Of a stretch of 32,000 nucleotides of DNA, positions 16,467 to 26,013 are shown piece after piece. The notes under the pieces were generated by a model. That model was not told the DNA's origin. It made no database searches and was given only the letters and a program-made list of their open reading frames with translations. Source of the DNA: Thermodesulfobacteriota bacterium (lineage in GTDB: Bacteria > Desulfobacterota > WTBG01 > CAIYCZ01 > CAIRTM01); the NCBI GenBank assembly GCA_028282925.1, contig JANQGV010000310.1:3302-35301 (forward strand). The letters are read 5' to 3'. Position 1 is the first letter of the stretch. Each line of letters begins with the position of its first letter. The translations under genes and the position numbers were made by a program.

Positions 16467-17204
16467 TCAGTTCTTTTTTGTGGAGTGTTTTTGGGCTTTG
16501 GCTGCTTTGGTTTTTGGTTGTGTGGAGGGCTTTTTGTCCCGGTAGTATTCCGGGTACAGTTTATGGGCGCATTCGGGACAGATGCTGTGGCTGAATTCGG
16601 CGTCGGAGCGGGCCTGTATAAACGATTCAATCTGCTGCCAGTAACCCTGATCGTCGCGGATTTTTTTGCACTGTGAGCAAATAGGCAGCATGCCGCCCAG
16701 TGTTTTTACTTCTTCCAGGGCTTCCTGCAGTTCTTTGATCAGTTCCTCCCGCTCTGTTTCGGCTTCCTTCTGTCTGGTGATGTCGAGAAAATTTTCAAGA
16801 ACTATTTCGCGGTCGGCAAAGGGAATTTTCCGGACGCTTTTCAGGACAGGAACTTTTTTGCCGTCCTTGCACTTTACAGCGGTTTCGTTATTATCGATAC
16901 GTTTCCGTCCCTTATCGAAAATGGGGCATGCATCCGGACCCCTGGGGCAGATGATTCCGCACTTTTTCCCCACCAGTTCCTTCCGGTTGAATCCGGTGAC
17001 CTTGCAGAGAGCATCATTGACATCTTCAATGATATATTCACGGTTCACCATAAAGCTGCCGCCGGGCAGGTTGTTATACAGCATCTTCCAGCGTTCTTCG
17101 CTTTGCAATAATGCTGCGGATATTTTTTTTGCTTCAGAAGCTTTATTTTTGAGGTGTTCAATCTCTTTCAATAGTTCTTTTTCTGTTTTTTCTTTAGTTT
17201 GCAT
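16467..17204 (-). CDS. PAS-domain protein with coiled coil and C-terminal CxxC...CxxC (Cys4) module
   Basis: ATG 17204 preferred; the track start is GTG 17237. PAS core (WKMLYNNLPGGSFMV...), Cys-rich loop KKCGIICPRGPDACP, coiled coil, then ICSQCKKIRDDQGYWQQIE...HSICPECAHK, and a Lys-rich tail. Confidence 0.85.
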   Translation of the reverse strand: MQTKEKTEKELLKEIEHLKNKASEAKKISAALLQSEERWKMLYNNLPGGSFMVNREYIIEDVNDALCKVTGFNRKELVGKKCGIICPRGPDACPIFDKGRKRIDNNETAVKCKDGKKVPVLKSVRKIPFADREIVLENFLDITRQKEAETEREELIKELQEALEEVKTLGGMLPICSQCKKIRDDQGYWQQIESFIQARSDAEFSHSICPECAHKLYPEYYRDKKPSTQPKTKAAKAQKHSTKKN

Positions 17205-17400
17205 ATACCGTCCCGATGAAATGTTATGAGCAAACACCCTTTTATAAGTATAAACTACTAGGCGGTTTTGTCTATAGTGGAGTGTAAAAAATTTTATTCT
17301 ATTTATATATAAAATTATTTAAAAACATTAATTTTAATTTTTTGTATAAAAAAGCAATCCCTTACGATAGGGCAGAATGCAGAAACAGACAGGATGACGG

Positions 17401-18090
17401 ATGCCTTTTGAGTTGAAAGAGGTTGTTCCCTGGGGACGATCATATACTGAATATTGCCGTATGTTTGCTTTGTCCGGGGCTGATTTGCGGAAGTCGATCC
17501 TGGGGTGTGGCGACGGCCCGGCCTCCTTTAATCGGGAACAAGCACTGCATGGCGTACGGGTCGTCTCAGTCGACCCCCTCTACCGGTTTGACGGCGGACA
17601 GATTGAACAGCGTATTCAGGAAACATCGGCGGAGGTGCTGGACCAGACCCGTAAAAACAGGCATGAATTTGTCTGGGTCGATATCAAGTCGGTGGAAGAA
17701 CTGGGCCGCATCCGAAAACAGGCCATGCGGGATTTTATAGAAGACTACGCCGAGGGCAGGCGCATCGGCCGGTACATTGCCGCAGGTTTGCCTGACTTGC
17801 CTTTTCAAGGGGAGCGGTTTCAACTTGCCCTGTGTTCACACTTCCTGTTTTTATACAGTGACCACTACAGCCTGGATTTTCATGTTGATTCAATCCAGGA
17901 GCTCTGCCGGGTGGCCGATGAGGTCAGGATTTTTCCGCTGGTTAAACTGGGATCGGTGCCTTCGCAGCATGTGGAGCCTGCTGTGAGGCGCCTGGAGGAC
18001 CAGGGTTTGCAGGTTGATATCGAGCAGGTGGGCTATGAGTTTCAACGCGGCGGAAACCGGGTGATGAGGGTCCGCAAAAAGCCGGTTTAA
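17401..18090 (+). CDS. Class I SAM-dependent methyltransferase
   Basis: 229 aa. Motif I ILGCGDGPASFN and acidic loop VVSVDP. AGGA Shine-Dalgarno 6 nt upstream. Confidence 0.78.
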   Translation: MPFELKEVVPWGRSYTEYCRMFALSGADLRKSILGCGDGPASFNREQALHGVRVVSVDPLYRFDGGQIEQRIQETSAEVLDQTRKNRHEFVWVDIKSVEELGRIRKQAMRDFIEDYAEGRRIGRYIAAGLPDLPFQGERFQLALCSHFLFLYSDHYSLDFHVDSIQELCRVADEVRIFPLVKLGSVPSQHVEPAVRRLEDQGLQVDIEQVGYEFQRGGNRVMRVRKKPV

Positions 18091-18233
18091 TGTGTACGGC
18101 GTGGGCCGGATCTGGAACAAAAATACCGGCTTGCAGCCTGTCTTGAGAAGGGCAATATAAAATGGTAAGAAATAAACCGTGGTTATTTAATCTACTTATT
18201 TTGTAGATTTAATCCCGGACAGGAGGGTTCTTC

Positions 18234-19724
18234 ATGAATTTCAAGACGATAACCATTGGCAAGCGTATACTTGTCGGGCTGGGAAGCGTGCTGATTTTAT
18301 TGCTGGTGATCGTTGGTGTCAGCTTTATCGGTTTTGGAGGCATTGTCACCAATATAAAGAACAATCAGCTCGACGGTTTGATGGCCCAGAAGGAGATCGA
18401 TCATCTCAACTGGGTAGCTAAAGTCAACCTGTTGCTGGCCGACGGCACTATCGCCACCCTGGATGTCCAGACCGATGATCATAAGTGCAGCTTCGGCAAG
18501 TGGCTCTATGGTGAGGGACGGCAACAAACCGAAAAACTGGTGCCGACAACAACAGAGTTGTTTAAAAAAATAGAAAAAACACATTCTGATTTGCATGCAT
18601 CGGCCGTGAAGATCGGGCAGGCGCTGGAATCAGGCAACCGAAGTCAGATTAAAAAGCTGTATGTCGACGCCACGCTGCCGGCCCTGCATGCCACCCAGAG
18701 CCTGTTTCATGATATCCGCGCTGAGGCCCAAAAATATATCATGGATGACGCCGCCATGATGAAAGCAGCCGCCTCGACCCGGCGTAATGTGGTTGTGCTG
18801 AGCATTATTGCGGTTTGCGCGGGCCTTCTGGCGGCTTTTTTTATTGTACGCAACATTACCACTATTCTGCATGATATTTCCGCCCAGATTGACGATGGAG
18901 CCGAGCAGGTGGCTGCATCGTCGCAGCAGATTGCATCCGGCAGCCACGATTTGTCGCAGGGCGTGTCGGAGCAGGCCTCTTCCCTTGAGGAGACATCGGC
19001 GTCCCTTGAGGAAATAGCATCCATGACCAAACAGAATGCCGATAATGCCAGTCAGGCCGACGGCCTCATGCAGGAAGCAAAACAGGTTGTGGATAAGGCC
19101 AGTACGTCCATGGAGCACCTGATCCGGTCCATGCATGAAATCTCACAGGCCAGCGAAGATACGTCCCGGGTTATCAAAACAATTGATGAAATCGCTTTCC
19201 AGACCAATCTGCTGGCCCTGAATGCCGCGGTTGAAGCATCCCGGGCCGGTGAAGCCGGGGCCGGGTTTGCCGTGGTTGCCGATGAGGTGCGAAAACTGGC
19301 CATGCGTGCGGCTGAGGCGGCCCGTAATACCGCTGATCTTATTGAAACCACCATTGCCCGGGTTACACGCGGAACTGAAATCGTGGCGGAGACCAATGAT
19401 TCGTTCGGCGCGGTAGCCCAAAACGCAGAAAAGGCGGAGCATCTGGTGGCGGAGATAGCCGCTGCCTGCCATGAACAGTCCCAGGGAATCAGCCAGGTCA
19501 GTACGGCGGTAAGCCAGATGGATTCGCTGACCCAGCAACTGGCGGCCAGTGCTGAAAAGTCGGCCGGCGCCTCGGAAGAGTTAAGCGCCCAGGCCGGGGA
19601 TATGGACGGTATCGTAAAGTCATTGCTGGCACTGGTTGACGGCACCGGGCACCGGCAGGCAGGGCCGCCGGTCGACAACCGGCCGGGGAGCGTCATGCTG
19701 TCCAGAGGCGAATACGGGAACTGA
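18234..19724 (+). CDS. Methyl-accepting chemotaxis protein with a CZB-type zinc-binding motif between TM1 and TM2
   Basis: 496 aa. TM1 (res ~12-37) and TM2 (res ~186-205). Motif HLNW-x24-CSFGKW-x26-HSDLH. Highly conserved MA signalling hairpin ([37 protein letters not shown]). GGAGGG Shine-Dalgarno. Confidence 0.92.
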   Translation: MNFKTITIGKRILVGLGSVLILLLVIVGVSFIGFGGIVTNIKNNQLDGLMAQKEIDHLNWVAKVNLLLADGTIATLDVQTDDHKCSFGKWLYGEGRQQTEKLVPTTTELFKKIEKTHSDLHASAVKIGQALESGNRSQIKKLYVDATLPALHATQSLFHDIRAEAQKYIMDDAAMMKAAASTRRNVVVLSIIAVCAGLLAAFFIVRNITTILHDISAQIDDGAEQVAASSQQIASGSHDLSQGVSEQASSLEETSASLEEIASMTKQNADNASQADGLMQEAKQVVDKASTSMEHLIRSMHEISQASEDTSRVIKTIDEIAFQTNLLALNAAVEASRAGEAGAGFAVVADEVRKLAMRAAEAARNTADLIETTIARVTRGTEIVAETNDSFGAVAQNAEKAEHLVAEIAAACHEQSQGISQVSTAVSQMDSLTQQLAASAEKSAGASEELSAQAGDMDGIVKSLLALVDGTGHRQAGPPVDNRPGSVMLSRGEYGN

Positions 19725-19918
19725 ACAAGCAGGCTGTGAACCGTCGGGAGTATACGCAATGCGGTCGCGAACAGGCCGGTACGGCCCAGCGATGGAAGGC
19801 GATGCACCCGGGTAGCCGGCACCCTGTGCGGCGGCAAAGTACAGGGCAGCTTTGCCTCAAGGCTGTCTAACTGCAACAAATGTGAGTTGTATAAAAGCCT
19901 GAATTATGAAGGCTGAAC

Positions 19919-20659
19919 CTATGGTTTGAGCCGGACAATGTGCGGGGTTTCTCCCGACCTAAGCGCAAGACGCAACTCGTCGACGGACGAAGCTTCTTCA
20001 GGCAGCCCCGGGAAAAACAAGACGCCGTAGGCAATCTGACCGGGCAGTATTTCCCGGTTGGAAAGGGTCTTTGAGGCAAGGTCCGCTTTTATTTTTTTGC
20101 CGGTTTTAGCATACCTGTCTGCACCGCCGATTACCGCCCCGGCCGCAGCTCCCGCGGCGGCTCCCTTGCCCGCCGCCTCACCCAGGTTTTCGCCGGTCAC
20201 AATGCCCACCGCCAGGCCGACCACGGCCCCGGCAGCACCAAGCAGAATGGCCGGTTTAACCGCTCCCTTCGCAGCTTCTCCGGCTTCAACATATCCTTTT
20301 GTTCGCTCATAGGTTTTGTCCAGGGGAAGTACCGGCCAGGCCTTTTTGTCCGGCGACAGGAGAAAGGTCTGGGACGGATCAACCGTCACGGACCGGGGGC
20401 TGTCGTTCTGGAATGTGACCTGTACCGGCAAAAGACCTGCCTTGCGAATATCAAATCCGAAGATTTCCTTTGCCTGCTTGCGCTCGGGAAAGGCCCGGGA
20501 GGAAATTTTCAGGCCGTCGGCAACGGTAACCATGCCATGTGCGGCATCAGGCAGAACAATCGGCGTTACCCGCTCCCGATAGGTGCAGGATATGCAAGCA
20601 ATGATGAGCAGCGTGACGGCTGCCATAAAGGTGTTTCGAGTTGTCTGACTGACGTTCAT
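19919..20659 (-). CDS. Lipoprotein with C-terminal glycine-zipper segment, function unknown
   Basis: 246 aa. Lipobox LIIAC. Gly/Ala-rich zipper GAAGAVVGLAVGIVTG...AAGKGAAAGAAAGAVIGG. GGGAGAAA Shine-Dalgarno. Confidence 0.75.
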   Translation of the reverse strand: MNVSQTTRNTFMAAVTLLIIACISCTYRERVTPIVLPDAAHGMVTVADGLKISSRAFPERKQAKEIFGFDIRKAGLLPVQVTFQNDSPRSVTVDPSQTFLLSPDKKAWPVLPLDKTYERTKGYVEAGEAAKGAVKPAILLGAAGAVVGLAVGIVTGENLGEAAGKGAAAGAAAGAVIGGADRYAKTGKKIKADLASKTLSNREILPGQIAYGVLFFPGLPEEASSVDELRLALRSGETPHIVRLKP

Positions 20660-20849
20660 CGGATTTCTCCCTATACTATACGGTGAATAGTGGTGCTTGC
20701 TTCACCTGAAAGTATAGAGCAGGAAGTCGGATTTTGCAATATGAAAGACCGGGTGATTGCCGGAGATCGACTGTCTGCCGCGTTGCAGCCGCATCTTACG
20801 AGGTATTCCGAAGTGCTGCCGATCGGTACGTCGGAAGATTCAGTGTGGA

Positions 20850-23800
20850 TTACTTTTTGCCGACATCGAGGATGTCGCGGACTTTTTGGGTCAGGATGCT
20901 GGGTGTGAACGGTTTTTGCAGGAAGGCACGGCCTTTCTTTACAACGCCCTCATTAACGATTTTGTTGTCGGCATACCCGGATATAAAAAGCACACCCATG
21001 TCGGGCCGCTGGGCGGTGAGCTGTTGTGCGAGTTCGGGTCCGTCCATGAGCGGCATGACCACATCGGTGATAAGCATATCGATTGTGCCGCCGTGCATTG
21101 CATGAATACGGAGGGCCTCGGCCGGGTTGTGGGCTTCGAGCACGGTATAGCCGTTCATTTTGAGTATTGACGTGGTAATGTTGCGGACGGACTCTTCATC
21201 CTCTACGAACAGAATCGTCTCGGTACCGGGATTTGTTACGAACCGGGGCTCTTTAGAGCTTGTGTCGGCAACCTGGGCGTCGACGCGGGGGAGGTATACC
21301 TTGAACGTGGTGCCTTTTCCCGGTTCGCTTTCAACAAGGATGTAGCCGTCGCTCTGCTTGACGATACCATAGACGGTTGAAAGGCCGAGACCGGTTCCCT
21401 TGCCCTGTTCCTTGGTTGTGAAGAAGGGCTCGAAAATGAGCGACTTGGTCGTCCCGTCCATGCCGAGACCGGTATCGGTCACCGAAAACATGACATAGGT
21501 TCCCGGGGTGATAAAATCATATCGGCAGATAACATCGCCGTCCAGCACGGCATCGGCTGTGGCTATGGAGATGGTGCCGCCGCTGGGCATGGCGTCACGG
21601 GCGTTAATGACAAGGTTCAGAATAACCTGTTCTATTTGGCCCTGGTCGGCGTTAACCGGACCCACCGTCGGGGCGAGTTCAGTTGTCAGATCAATATTTT
21701 CACCGATCAGGCGGTTGAGCATTTTATCGAGATCGGCAATAACCTCGTTGAGATCAAGAACCCTGGGCTGCAGGACCTGCTTGCGGCTGAAGGCCAGGAG
21801 CTGCCGGGTGAGGCCGGCTGCACGCTCACCGGCCTTGCGGATTTCAGTGACGTCTTTCATCATGTTTTTATGGTCGCCATAACGGTACAGCATCAATTCG
21901 CTGTGGGAGAGAATGGCGGTCAGCATATTGTTGAAGTCGTGGGCTACTCCGCCGGCAAGCCTTCCAACAGCTTCCATTTTCTGAGACTGGCGAAGCTGCT
22001 CCTCGCTTTTCTGCAGGGCCTCTTCGGCTTTTTTGCGCTCGGATATGTCATGAATGACCGTCACCAGGCATTCGCGCCCACCGATGGACGCACGCTTGAT
22101 GGTGACCTCGATCCAGATTAAACGGCCGTCTTTGTGCCGAACTTTCCATTCGGCGAGTTGGGGTTGCCCCTTGACCGCTTCCTTTACATACTGCATCGCA
22201 TCATCAATGGTATAGGGCGGCAGGTCGGTGCAGTAGTCTTTAAAGCTCAGCCGGCGGGCCTCTTCAGGCGTGTAGCCGAAGATTTCGGTCACCTGATCGT
22301 TTACATCAATCAACTCGCCGGTGCGCAGGTCGTGGGCGAAAATAACATCATTAACCGCATTGAAAATGGAACAATAGTTCTCCTCGGAAATACGGATGGC
22401 CTCCTCGGCTTTGCGACGCTCAGATATATCGCGGGCTATGCCGAGCACCATCGATTTTCCCTCTATCTTCACCGGGTGGGTGGATATTTCAACCGGCACG
22501 CGGGTTCCGTATCGCGTTATCAGGGTGAATTCGTCCGGGCCGGTCGGTTTGCCGCGGGCGTTTTGTGCAAGCTTGGTGGCCGCTTTGGGTATCTGGTTCA
22601 GGGGCAAGAGGCCCAGCTTTAAATAGCTTCTGCCGATGAGTTCCTCTTTTTTATAACCGGTCAGCTTTTCGGCCGCCCGGTTGCCGTCCAGGAATGTCGA
22701 TTTCAGGTCGCACAGATAGTAGGCATCCGGCGCGAATTCAAACAGTATCTGCAGGCGCTCTTTTGCACGCCGCTCCTCTTCCTCGGCCAGCTTGCGCTGG
22801 GTGACTTCGGTGACGATGATAAAGGTGTAGTTGGTGCCGTCGGCTTTGCAACTGTGAGAGTAGCGTGTATTAATGCAGCGTTTTTCACCGTCTTTGTCGT
22901 TGATCCAAAACTCCAGCTCGGTAGGATACTGCCCGGTCTGTTTGACTTTTTCGACAATCGGCTTCAGGCGTTCATGCTCTTCCGGGGCGGCAAGGGAGAG
23001 ATTGCGCAGCCGGGTCAGTTCTTCCTCGGAGTAGCCGAATATTTCCTTTGCCCGTTTGTTGATATACACAACGTCTTGGTGTTCAATGATAATAAGGCCG
23101 TCCTGAATATTATCGGCCATGTTGCGGTAGCGCTCTTCGCTCTCATGCAGGGCCTGTTCGCCGGCAATGAGCTGCTGGTTGCTGGCCCTGAGCTGCTGGT
23201 TGGCGGCTTCCAGTTGTTGTTCGTGGGCCTGAAGCTGTATGTTGGTGGAGCGCAGCTCCTGCTCGCGGGCCCGTAATTCACTGTTGGTTTCACGAAGGGT
23301 TTCTTCGGCCTTTTTGCGTTCAGTGATTTCATGACGGAGCTGCTGGTTGGCGGCTTCCAGTTGCTGTTCGTGGGCCTGAAGCTGCATATTAATGGAGCGC
23401 AGTTCCTGTTCACGGGCTCGTAATTCACTGTTGGTTTCACGAAGGGTTTCTTCGGCCTTTTTACGCTCTTCAATTTCTTCGAGGAGCTGCTGGTTGGCGG
23501 CTTGAAGCTGCTGTTCATGGGCTCGCAGCTGCTGGTTAACGGCCGTCAACTGCATTTCATGTGATTTGAGTTTTTTGCTGGTAGAACGCAGCTGAACGGT
23601 TTTCTGCTCAACCTGTTCATTAAGGGTGTCACGGTCGCGGGTGAGTTTCCGCTCGACCTTTTTGCGCCGGGAGATTTCCCGACAGATGGCAATGGAGCCC
23701 TCGATGTCGTCCTTGCGGTCTTTCAAAATGGAGATAGTTGTTTCTATCGGTACAACCTTGCCGTCTTTTCTGATATAGTAGAGCTCATAGGTGAGCTTGC

Positions 23801-24497
23801 CCTTTTCAAAAAGTTCGTTGGCTTTGTCTATCTGGGTGTTGATATAGTCTTCGGTGATTGAGACGGATTTTCCTTCAATGGAGGGAAATGTTTTCTGCTC
23901 GCACGGCGACAGTTCAATCAGGGGTTTCCCGACAAGTTCCGCGTCGGTGAAACCAAGCAGGCTGCACAGGGCAGGATTGGTCATTTTGATGCGGCCGTTG
24001 CTGTCCGCCACCACAATGGCGTCGCCGGAATTCTGCAGAATGTTGTCGAGGGTTTCATTGGCCTGCCAGGCTTTTCGCTCCAGGGATTCGATACCCTGTA
24101 CTTTTTGCAGATCTTCAACAATGCCGAGGGCCTCGACTATGTTGCCGTCGCTTTTAATGACTTTGGACTGAAAACGGACCGGAACCGGTCGGCCGTCTTT
24201 TGCCCGCAAGAGCATTTCCGTTGACGCCTCATTGGTGCGGATGAAGTAGTGCAGGCCGATTTGCTGTTTGAATTGTGGATATTCTTCTTTGTTTTTAAGA
24301 ACTTCAAAGAAGTACGTGCCCACCAGCTCTTTAGGAGTATAGCCCAGCAGCGCGTCAAAAACCGCATTTGTTTTTACAAAGCGGGCATCTGCGTCGACGA
24401 TAAATACACCGTGACGTGACGATTCAAACAGTGCGTCAAAAAGGTGCTGTGACCTGTTTTCTGCCGTCATTAAAGCCGCTTCTTGAGAAGGCGTCAT
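20850..24497 (-). CDS. Hybrid sensor histidine kinase (5 PAS, long Gln-rich coiled coil, HisKA, HATPase, REC)
   Basis: About 1215 aa from ATG 24497 (GGAG 9 nt upstream); the track uses TTG 24512. H-box [11 protein letters not shown], ATPase motifs ([17 protein letters not shown]), C-terminal receiver (ILFVEDEES ... [12 protein letters not shown]). Confidence 0.92.
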   Translation of the reverse strand: MTPSQEAALMTAENRSQHLFDALFESSRHGVFIVDADARFVKTNAVFDALLGYTPKELVGTYFFEVLKNKEEYPQFKQQIGLHYFIRTNEASTEMLLRAKDGRPVPVRFQSKVIKSDGNIVEALGIVEDLQKVQGIESLERKAWQANETLDNILQNSGDAIVVADSNGRIKMTNPALCSLLGFTDAELVGKPLIELSPCEQKTFPSIEGKSVSITEDYINTQIDKANELFEKGKLTYELYYIRKDGKVVPIETTISILKDRKDDIEGSIAICREISRRKKVERKLTRDRDTLNEQVEQKTVQLRSTSKKLKSHEMQLTAVNQQLRAHEQQLQAANQQLLEEIEERKKAEETLRETNSELRAREQELRSINMQLQAHEQQLEAANQQLRHEITERKKAEETLRETNSELRAREQELRSTNIQLQAHEQQLEAANQQLRASNQQLIAGEQALHESEERYRNMADNIQDGLIIIEHQDVVYINKRAKEIFGYSEEELTRLRNLSLAAPEEHERLKPIVEKVKQTGQYPTELEFWINDKDGEKRCINTRYSHSCKADGTNYTFIIVTEVTQRKLAEEEERRAKERLQILFEFAPDAYYLCDLKSTFLDGNRAAEKLTGYKKEELIGRSYLKLGLLPLNQIPKAATKLAQNARGKPTGPDEFTLITRYGTRVPVEISTHPVKIEGKSMVLGIARDISERRKAEEAIRISEENYCSIFNAVNDVIFAHDLRTGELIDVNDQVTEIFGYTPEEARRLSFKDYCTDLPPYTIDDAMQYVKEAVKGQPQLAEWKVRHKDGRLIWIEVTIKRASIGGRECLVTVIHDISERKKAEEALQKSEEQLRQSQKMEAVGRLAGGVAHDFNNMLTAILSHSELMLYRYGDHKNMMKDVTEIRKAGERAAGLTRQLLAFSRKQVLQPRVLDLNEVIADLDKMLNRLIGENIDLTTELAPTVGPVNADQGQIEQVILNLVINARDAMPSGGTISIATADAVLDGDVICRYDFITPGTYVMFSVTDTGLGMDGTTKSLIFEPFFTTKEQGKGTGLGLSTVYGIVKQSDGYILVESEPGKGTTFKVYLPRVDAQVADTSSKEPRFVTNPGTETILFVEDEESVRNITTSILKMNGYTVLEAHNPAEALRIHAMHGGTIDMLITDVVMPLMDGPELAQQLTAQRPDMGVLFISGYADNKIVNEGVVKKGRAFLQKPFTPSILTQKVRDILDVGKK
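23191..23540 (-). repeat. In-frame 147-bp (49-aa) tandem repeat, about 2.3 copies, inside the kinase coiled coil
   Basis: Unit starts at 23191, 23338 and 23485 (AGCTGCTGGTTGGCGGCTT...). Copies 1 and 2 differ at about 19 of 147 positions by my hand count. Encodes [25 protein letters not shown](I/T)N(M/I)[17 protein letters not shown]. Confidence 0.85.
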
Positions 24498-24760
24498 TCG
24501 TATAGACTCCAATGGTCAGGGTGCATTATAATGGGCAAAGAGTGGGTATATGATGTTATATCGTCATATTACCGGAAAGGATAAACGGTTTTAGACGCTC
24601 CTTATAAAATTATTTTCTAATTTGCGGATAATGCAATAATATGAGATTAACAGGCAAAATAATATTATTAAAATAATAATTTTTAATTTTTTATAATTAA
24701 AAATAATAAAAAATGCTAATGCATTTGTTTATTATCCAGGCATCCGGGAGATTTGAAGAT

Positions 24761-25474
24761 ATGCATGACATTTTCACCCTGCAGGTTGCAGAAAGAAGAA
24801 TAGCCGGAATCGTACATTTGCCTACGGAAGCCGCCACACCGCCCTATATTATCACCTGCCACGGGCTTTTCAGTTCCAAGGAAAGCGCCAAATTTACGTC
24901 TATTGCAGAGTATTACACAAAAAGGGGGCTGGCGGTTGTGAGGTTTGATTTTTCAGGGTGCGGTGAAAGCAGCGGCGATATTGCCGACACAACCGTCACC
25001 CGGCGTTTTGAGGAGCTTGAGCACGTGGCGGCATATGCGGCGCAACACCCCCGTCTCGGGGAAAAGTATGCCATTCTGGGCAGTTCCCTGGGCGGTTATC
25101 TGGCACTGCTGTACGCGGGTACATATCGAGTGCAGGCCCTTTCCATCTGGGCAACGCCTTTTGTGCTGCCCGAAATCGAGCCGAATATTCCCCGGGAGGA
25201 TCTGGCCCGCTTGAAAGAGACCTTTTTTAGAGACGCCCGGAGCTATGATCTTGAATCAATTCTTGGGACCATACATACGGTACAGATCCTGCATGGTATG
25301 TATGATGAGGTGGTGCCCTGGAAGCATGCCGAGATGATTCACGAGCGGGTAAATGATCCAAAAAACCTTGAATTATTTTCCGAAGGCGACCATTCCCTGA
25401 CGGGCGGCACCGACCGGAGAAGAGCGATAGAGGCAAGCTGCGCATGGTGCATGCAGCATTTATCTAGCAAATAA
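24761..25474 (+). CDS. Alpha/beta-fold serine hydrolase
   Basis: 237 aa from ATG 24761 (GGGAGA Shine-Dalgarno); track start is 24713. HG oxyanion motif (CHGLFSS), nucleophile elbow GSSLGG, Asp in HGMYDEVV, His in GDHSL. Confidence 0.8.
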   Translation: MHDIFTLQVAERRIAGIVHLPTEAATPPYIITCHGLFSSKESAKFTSIAEYYTKRGLAVVRFDFSGCGESSGDIADTTVTRRFEELEHVAAYAAQHPRLGEKYAILGSSLGGYLALLYAGTYRVQALSIWATPFVLPEIEPNIPREDLARLKETFFRDARSYDLESILGTIHTVQILHGMYDEVVPWKHAEMIHERVNDPKNLELFSEGDHSLTGGTDRRRAIEASCAWCMQHLSSK

Positions 25475-25538
25475 GCCTTTACTTTTTATGAAAAACCGTC
25501 GATACATATAGTATAACCAGACAAGGAAGGGTGGTGCT

Positions 25539-25985
25539 ATGAAAATTACCGATTCAGATATCGTTAAACAGGTCCTGCCGCAAACAACCCAGAAAAATCA
25601 GAAAACAGAGGGTGGGAATTTTGACGCACTTCTTGAAAAAAATATCGAAAATTTGAATACAACCCCGTCTCAAACGGCTCCGGCAGATATGCTGCAGCCG
25701 TCATCGCACATCTTTTTTGATACTGCTGCAGTTGCTCAGGAAGAGGTTGTGCAGCGGGTAACAGGGTTTCTTGATATGATGGAAGAATACAGCTCAAAAC
25801 TCGATTCCAGCGCTACGCTGAAGGACATATCGCCCCTGGTGGCCAAAATGGAGCTGGAAAAGGCCGAGTTGCAGCAACTGGCGGAAAGCCTGCCCCAGGG
25901 TGACGAAGTACGGGCTATCCTGGATGAGGCCCTGATTCGTTCATCCGTTGAAGTGGTCAAGTTTAACCGCGGTGATTATTTGTAA
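25539..25985 (+). CDS. Hypothetical protein (possibly flagellum-associated by context only)
   Basis: 148-aa ORF with AAGGAAGGG Shine-Dalgarno. Polar low-complexity N-terminal half, helical C-terminal half. 28 nt upstream of a rod-like gene. No family recognised with confidence. Confidence 0.6.
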   Translation: MKITDSDIVKQVLPQTTQKNQKTEGGNFDALLEKNIENLNTTPSQTAPADMLQPSSHIFFDTAAVAQEEVVQRVTGFLDMMEEYSSKLDSSATLKDISPLVAKMELEKAELQQLAESLPQGDEVRAILDEALIRSSVEVVKFNRGDYL

Positions 25986-26013
25986 AGCCGCACATGCAGG
26001 GGAGGGATAATCA

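Noticed and set aside
19052-19879. 275-aa ORF on the - strand
   Set aside because: It is antisense to the highly conserved chemoreceptor signalling domain. The Ala/Ser/Arg-rich translation is the usual mirror of an Ala/Glu-rich coiled-coil gene.
19725-19918. GC-rich 194-nt convergent spacer after the chemoreceptor with a 7-bp hairpin (GGCAAAG 19833-39 / CTTTGCC 19850-56) as a possible sRNA or terminator
   Set aside because: There is no U-tract, no promoter-like element and no further structure I could support. Insufficient evidence.
23191-23540. Regularly spaced repeats that could be mistaken for a CRISPR-like array or mobile-element end
   Set aside because: The repeats are contiguous with no spacers, are in frame, and encode a coiled coil inside a kinase gene. 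It is a coding tandem duplication.
25491-25509. Sigma-28 (FliA)-like -10 element CGTCGATAC upstream of the hypothetical/rod-like pair
   Set aside because: It shares only the CGATA core with GCCGATAA, and no TAAA -35 element lies at the required 15-nt distance.
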